Of a stretch of 64,000 nucleotides of DNA, positions 59,809-64,000 are shown in pieces. The DNA lies in assembly GCA_963797095.1 (NCBI GenBank), contig CAWCNY010000006.1, positions 384,001-448,000 on the forward strand. The letters run 5' to 3'. The position numbers and the translations under genes are program-made. The notes beneath the pieces are model-generated. The model did no database searches. It was given only the letters and a program-made list of their open reading frames with translations, and was not told where the DNA came from. How positions within the stretch are numbered: position 1 is the stretch's first letter; each line of letters starts with the position of its first letter. This DNA comes from an uncultured Chloroflexia bacterium. Its GTDB lineage: Bacteria > Chloroflexota > Chloroflexia > QHBQ01 > JADMIH01.

Positions 59809-62800
59809 ATGCAAGCAGAAGCAGATTGGCGTAGCACGTCCTCCATAGGCGCACACGCAGCGGCCAGGGCGCGGCGGGGCCGGGCCAGAAAACTGGCTGT
59901 CGGGTTCCTGCTGGGCGCATCGCTCACATGGGCGGGGCTGTCCTGGGCAAGCGCGCCCCTACCCGCCACCGGTACCACTGCCGGTACCTCCGCACCTTCG
60001 GCAGTTAACAGCGTCAGCAAGCTCTACGGGCAGCTGGACAGCAAGGTCGCCAATTCTTCGCCCGATACCCGCCTCCGCGTGATCGTCCACCTCAAAGAGC
60101 AGGCCGACCTCAGCACCTGGCCCTCCAGCGACCACGCCGGGGCAATCCGTAAATTGCAGGAAGTGGCCTCCCGTACCCAGCCTTCCGTGATCACCGCTAT
60201 GGAGTCCTCCGCGGATATCAACGTCTACGAGCGCTACTGGGTCTTCAACGGTTTCGCGGTCGAAGCGCCAGCCTCCATCCTACGAGATATAGCTCAGCGT
60301 CCCGACGTTGACTATATAGTCGAAGATGGGTATATGTACGAACCCGACGCGCCAATCATCCCCGACAACTCCACCAGCAACTGGAACATCTACCAGGTGC
60401 GTGCACCCGAAACCTGGGACCTCGGTTACGACGGCACAGGTCGCGTGCTCGCCAACCAGGACAGCGGTGTTGATGGCACTCACGAGGCCCTCGCCACTCG
60501 CTGGCGTGGTGTCACAGACGGCAGCCCCGCCAATTCCTGGCTCGACCCATTCGGTGAAAGCCCCTCCTTCCCCACCGACGATAACGGCCACGGCACGCAC
60601 ACAATGGGCACCATCGCCGGTCACCAGGGCGACTCCACAGGCATGAATGAAATCGGCCAGTCTAAAGGCGCTGAGTGGATCGCCTGCCGCATCTACGACA
60701 CCAGTGGCAAAGGCCCCTTCAGCTACATCCACGCCTGCTTCCAGTTCATGGCCGACCCTGATGGCGACCCCGATACTAACGATCAGCCCGACGCCGTCAG
60801 CAACTCCTGGGGCGACTCCAACGCCTACCAGTATCCCGATCTTGAATGGTGGCCCGACATCGAAGCCTGGCGCGCTGTCGGCATCATCCCCGTTTTCAGC
60901 AATGGCAACAACGGCTCGGGCCCTTATACCGTGGGCCACCCGGGCTCCTACCCTATCGTAGAAGGTGTAGGTGCTACAGATATCAATAGAAACCTGGCTG
61001 GCTTTTCCAGCCGGGGTCCCTCCCCCAACCTGCCTCCCTGGACCACTACCGACTACTGGGAGCGCAGCAACTGGGGCCTCATCAAACCCGATATCGTGGC
61101 TCCCGGTGTCAACGTCCGCTCCAGCTTGCCGGGCAATTCCTATGGTAACCTCAGTGGCACCTCAATGGCTGCTCCGCACGTTACCGGGCTAGTCGGCCTC
61201 CTCCGACAGGTTCGCGGCGACCTCACCATGAACGAGTTCTACAACATCATCATTGAGACCGCCTACACGCAGGCTTCCTTCGGCACCATCCCCAACAACA
61301 ACTTTGGTTGGGGTGAAATCGATGACTACGCAGCCGCCGTCTACGTGCGCGACGCGGGCGCTATTGCGGGCACCGTTACCGATGCCGCCTGTGATGTCGG
61401 TGTACCAGGCGCTGACCTGCAAGTATACGTGCCCTGCGCCGATGCTAATGCCAACGGCGAGTGCGGTATCCGCAAGATGAAATCGGACAACAACGGCGAC
61501 TATCGCACCATCCTGGCGGCAGGCACCTACACCGTCACCGTCGATGCCCCCGGCTTCTACGGCCAGGTGTTCAACACCACCGTCATGTCTTCCACCACCA
61601 ACACCATCCCCATCATGTTGATGAAGATGCCCATCGGTACCGTTCATGGCACAGTCACTGATGGCTCCGAACCAATCGAAGGTGTAGCAGTGTCCGTTGA
61701 CGGCCTGTCTAGCATCCACACCACCACCGACGCTCTCGGCCAGTACACCCTCACCAACGTCCCCGCCGGTACATTCACAATCCGCGCCGAACTTTGCAGC
61801 TACAACTCCGCCATCGCCAACGTGGTAGTCACCTACCCCGGCTCAATCACGCAAGACTTTACAATGCCGCTCGCCACAGCCGCCCTATCCGATGACTTCG
61901 AAGACGGCGACCTGGCTGGCTGGACTGTCGTGGGCGGCTCCACCAGTACCGGAATCTGGCACAACTCTGACTTGCGCCCCTTCCCTCCCAGCACGCGCTC
62001 GGCACGCGCCGGTCGACCCGACCCACCCTACTACTACACAGGCAATGCCAGCACTCAAATGTCGCAGACCACCTCGATTGACACCTCGGCGGCTGATAAA
62101 GTCTGGCTGAGCTTGGACCTCTACGACAATTCCGAGAGTGAATACGACGTGATCAGGGTACAACTCTCCACCGATGACGGTGCGACCTGGCCTGCCTATG
62201 GTGCGAACAACGGCACCATATTCGGACAGGCAAGCCCCGTCCACGGCTGGCAGACCCTCTGCTTTGACGTGACGAACTGGAAGTCAGCACAAATGAAGTT
62301 GGCCTTCAGGTTCACCACCGATACCTCCAACTGGAATAGCGAGACCTTCGAAGGTCCATCTGTGGACAACGTGATAATCAGCACGACCGGGTCGCCCGGC
62401 ACGCCCCTCCCCGCCTACACTCCCACGCCCGGCACCCCTGTATCATGTGGTATAGCCACGGCTACCCTCACCCCCACCGACACACCTGTACCACCCACCG
62501 ACACGCCTGTGCCTCCCACCGATACTCCCATTACTGAGCCTACCAATACTCCCATTACTGAGCCTACCAATACTCCCATTACTGAGCCTACCAACACACC
62601 TGTGCCACCAACCGCCACCCCCACAGCTTGCTCCATCACCTTCACTGACGTGCCCCCAGGCTCTACCTTCTACGACTACATCACCTGCATGGCATGTAGG
62701 GGCATCATCAACGGTTACACCTCAGGGTGCGAGAGCGGCAACCCATGCTTCCGCCCCAACAACAACGTGACGAGAGGACAACTGTCCAAGATAGTGTCCA

Positions 62801-63276
62801 ACTCAGCTGGCTACAATGATGACCCAGGTCCCCAGCGCTTCGAGGATGTGCCACTCGGTTCAACCTTCTACGACTTCATAGGGAGGCTGGCCAGCCGCGA
62901 CATCATCGCAGGGTACCCATGTGGAGGACCAGGAGAGCCATGTGTAGGCCCAGGGAACCTGCCGTACTTCAGACCGAATGCCAACGTGACGAGAGGACAA
63001 CTGTCCAAGATAGTGTCAGAGGCAGCGGGGTACTCGGACCCGGTAGGAGACCAGCAGTTCCAGGACGTACTGCCAGGGTCAACCTTCTACGACTGGATAT
63101 GGAGGCTGACGGACCGGGGCATCATGAACGGGTACGCATGTGGAGGAGTGGGAGAGCCATGTGTAGGCCCTGCCAACCTGCCATACTTCAGGCCAGGAGC
63201 CAATGCGACGAGAGGGCAAGCCTCCAAGATAGTGGCCAACACATTCTTCCCAGGTTGTGCTACCACCGAACGATAG
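59809..63276 (+). CDS. secreted S8 serine protease with propeptide, beta-sandwich domains, Pro/Thr linker and SLH repeats
   Basis: DSGVD, HGTHTMGT, GTSMAAPH triad; signal peptide; three SLH repeats; GAGGAG RBS. Confidence 0.93.
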   Translation: MQAEADWRSTSSIGAHAAARARRGRARKLAVGFLLGASLTWAGLSWASAPLPATGTTAGTSAPSAVNSVSKLYGQLDSKVANSSPDTRLRVIVHLKEQADLSTWPSSDHAGAIRKLQEVASRTQPSVITAMESSADINVYERYWVFNGFAVEAPASILRDIAQRPDVDYIVEDGYMYEPDAPIIPDNSTSNWNIYQVRAPETWDLGYDGTGRVLANQDSGVDGTHEALATRWRGVTDGSPANSWLDPFGESPSFPTDDNGHGTHTMGTIAGHQGDSTGMNEIGQSKGAEWIACRIYDTSGKGPFSYIHACFQFMADPDGDPDTNDQPDAVSNSWGDSNAYQYPDLEWWPDIEAWRAVGIIPVFSNGNNGSGPYTVGHPGSYPIVEGVGATDINRNLAGFSSRGPSPNLPPWTTTDYWERSNWGLIKPDIVAPGVNVRSSLPGNSYGNLSGTSMAAPHVTGLVGLLRQVRGDLTMNEFYNIIIETAYTQASFGTIPNNNFGWGEIDDYAAAVYVRDAGAIAGTVTDAACDVGVPGADLQVYVPCADANANGECGIRKMKSDNNGDYRTILAAGTYTVTVDAPGFYGQVFNTTVMSSTTNTIPIMLMKMPIGTVHGTVTDGSEPIEGVAVSVDGLSSIHTTTDALGQYTLTNVPAGTFTIRAELCSYNSAIANVVVTYPGSITQDFTMPLATAALSDDFEDGDLAGWTVVGGSTSTGIWHNSDLRPFPPSTRSARAGRPDPPYYYTGNASTQMSQTTSIDTSAADKVWLSLDLYDNSESEYDVIRVQLSTDDGATWPAYGANNGTIFGQASPVHGWQTLCFDVTNWKSAQMKLAFRFTTDTSNWNSETFEGPSVDNVIISTTGSPGTPLPAYTPTPGTPVSCGIATATLTPTDTPVPPTDTPVPPTDTPITEPTNTPITEPTNTPITEPTNTPVPPTATPTACSITFTDVPPGSTFYDYITCMACRGIINGYTSGCESGNPCFRPNNNVTRGQLSKIVSNSAGYNDDPGPQRFEDVPLGSTFYDFIGRLASRDIIAGYPCGGPGEPCVGPGNLPYFRPNANVTRGQLSKIVSEAAGYSDPVGDQQFQDVLPGSTFYDWIWRLTDRGIMNGYACGGVGEPCVGPANLPYFRPGANATRGQASKIVANTFFPGCATTER
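62522..62593 (+). repeat. 24-bp x3 coding tandem repeat (TPITEPTN)
   Basis: ATACTCCCATTACTGAGCCTACCA x3. Confidence 0.9.
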
Positions 63277-63287
63277 TCTCCGCGACC

Positions 63288-63337
63288 TGGCAACAACAAG
63301 GACGACGGCGCACGCGCCGTCGTCCTTGTTGTTGCCA
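63288..63337. terminator. 23-bp perfect hairpin between convergent genes
   Basis: TGGCAACAACAAGGACGACGGCG-CACG-CGCCGTCGTCCTTGTTGTTGCCA. Confidence 0.8.
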
Positions 63338-63374
63338 ATCCCCCCACAATCGTCCTCCGATCACCAACCACCGG

Positions 63375-64000
63375 CTACCCCTCCGCAATCGCCCGTACCT
63401 CATCCAACGTGCTTGCATCGCGAGGCTTCTTGTCCGGCCTCAACCGCACGATCCGCGGAAACCGTAGCGCATACCCGCTCTTATGCCTTGGGCTTAGCTG
63501 TATCTTATCGAACGCCACCTCGATCACCACCAGCGGCTGCACCAGCCTCACCCTCCCGAAATCCCGGATCGTATGCGCCTTGAACCACTCCGTCATCTCA
63601 ATGATCTCAGCATCAGTAAGCCCCGAATAAGCCTTGCCCACATTCAGCAACTCGCCGTTCGCCCCCAGCACCGCGAACGTATAATCCGACAGCATCTTAT
63701 TCCGCTTCCCGTGCCCCCACTCCACCGCCGTCACCACCACATCCAGCGTAGCCAGCGCCCGCTTCACCTTCAACCAAGCCTTCCCCCTCTTCCCAGGCGA
63801 ATAAGCCGACCCCGGCATCTTCACCATCAACCCCTCGTTCCCCCGCCCCCGCGCAGCCTCAAACATAGCATCCAGCCGCCCCTCAAACCCACCATCATCA
63901 CTCCCATCTACATCGTTGTCCTTCGTCCATCCCCTCCGTCCTCCATCCCAACCCCCACCAACTCCGTGGGCGCCTTCACCAGCGGGTAAGGCAACTCCAA
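63375..64000 (-). CDS. ATP-dependent DNA ligase, 3' part (runs off window; probable frameshift ~63931)
   Basis: EGLMVK..Y.PGKR..WLKVK, GKAYSG, ALRFPRIVRLR.DK. Confidence 0.9.
   Translation of the reverse strand, partial: GVALPAGEGAHGVGGGWDGGRRGWTKDNDVDGSDDGGFEGRLDAMFEAARGRGNEGLMVKMPGSAYSPGKRGKAWLKVKRALATLDVVVTAVEWGHGKRNKMLSDYTFAVLGANGELLNVGKAYSGLTDAEIIEMTEWFKAHTIRDFGRVRLVQPLVVIEVAFDKIQLSPRHKSGYALRFPRIVRLRPDKKPRDASTLDEVRAIAEG

Overview
GC-rich bacterial chromosome segment, probably Chloroflexota. This is inferred from the ETG..QYFERA repeat protein, Cys-rich SLH C-termini, a GAAC-N4-GTTC box and abundant STAND-TPR regulators. The + strand of the backbone is strongly C-rich regardless of gene orientation. 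Backbone content, in order: shikimate cluster (aroC-aroK-aroB-aroQ); two class III nucleotidyl cyclase-STAND-TPR genes followed by a tightly linked receiver-TrxB-like flavoprotein, zf-UBP/cNMP-binding histidine kinase, PAS and MBL hydrolase module; xylB; an XRE-STAND-TPR regulator divergent from a small protein and a 1622-aa beta-propeller/Kelch/SLH surface protein; ABC exporter; LuxR/cupin/ThuA/Gfo genes; and on the right clostripain, glmU-prs-hemolysin-cdd-dNK-birA, ferritin, an S8/SLH protease and the 3' part of an ATP-dependent DNA ligase. From about 36.1 kb to 49.65 kb lies a decayed, multi-layer island at the 3' end of tRNA-Leu(CAA). It has three att-like junctions with arm repeats, fragments of two tyrosine recombinases, an IS remnant, a primase fragment, pseudogenised DISARM-like drmD and methyltransferase genes, and an intact orphan cytochrome b. 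Best candidate for an undescribed system: the cyclase-to-cNMP-kinase-to-CxxC-less flavoreductase module with its own putative phosphodiesterase (7089-15886). Other notable signals are pervasive 7-mer tandem repeats invading genes, an SLH cassette with opposite codon skew, and a LexA-type box inside a hydrolase promoter. All calls come from reading motifs by eye; no database searches were run.
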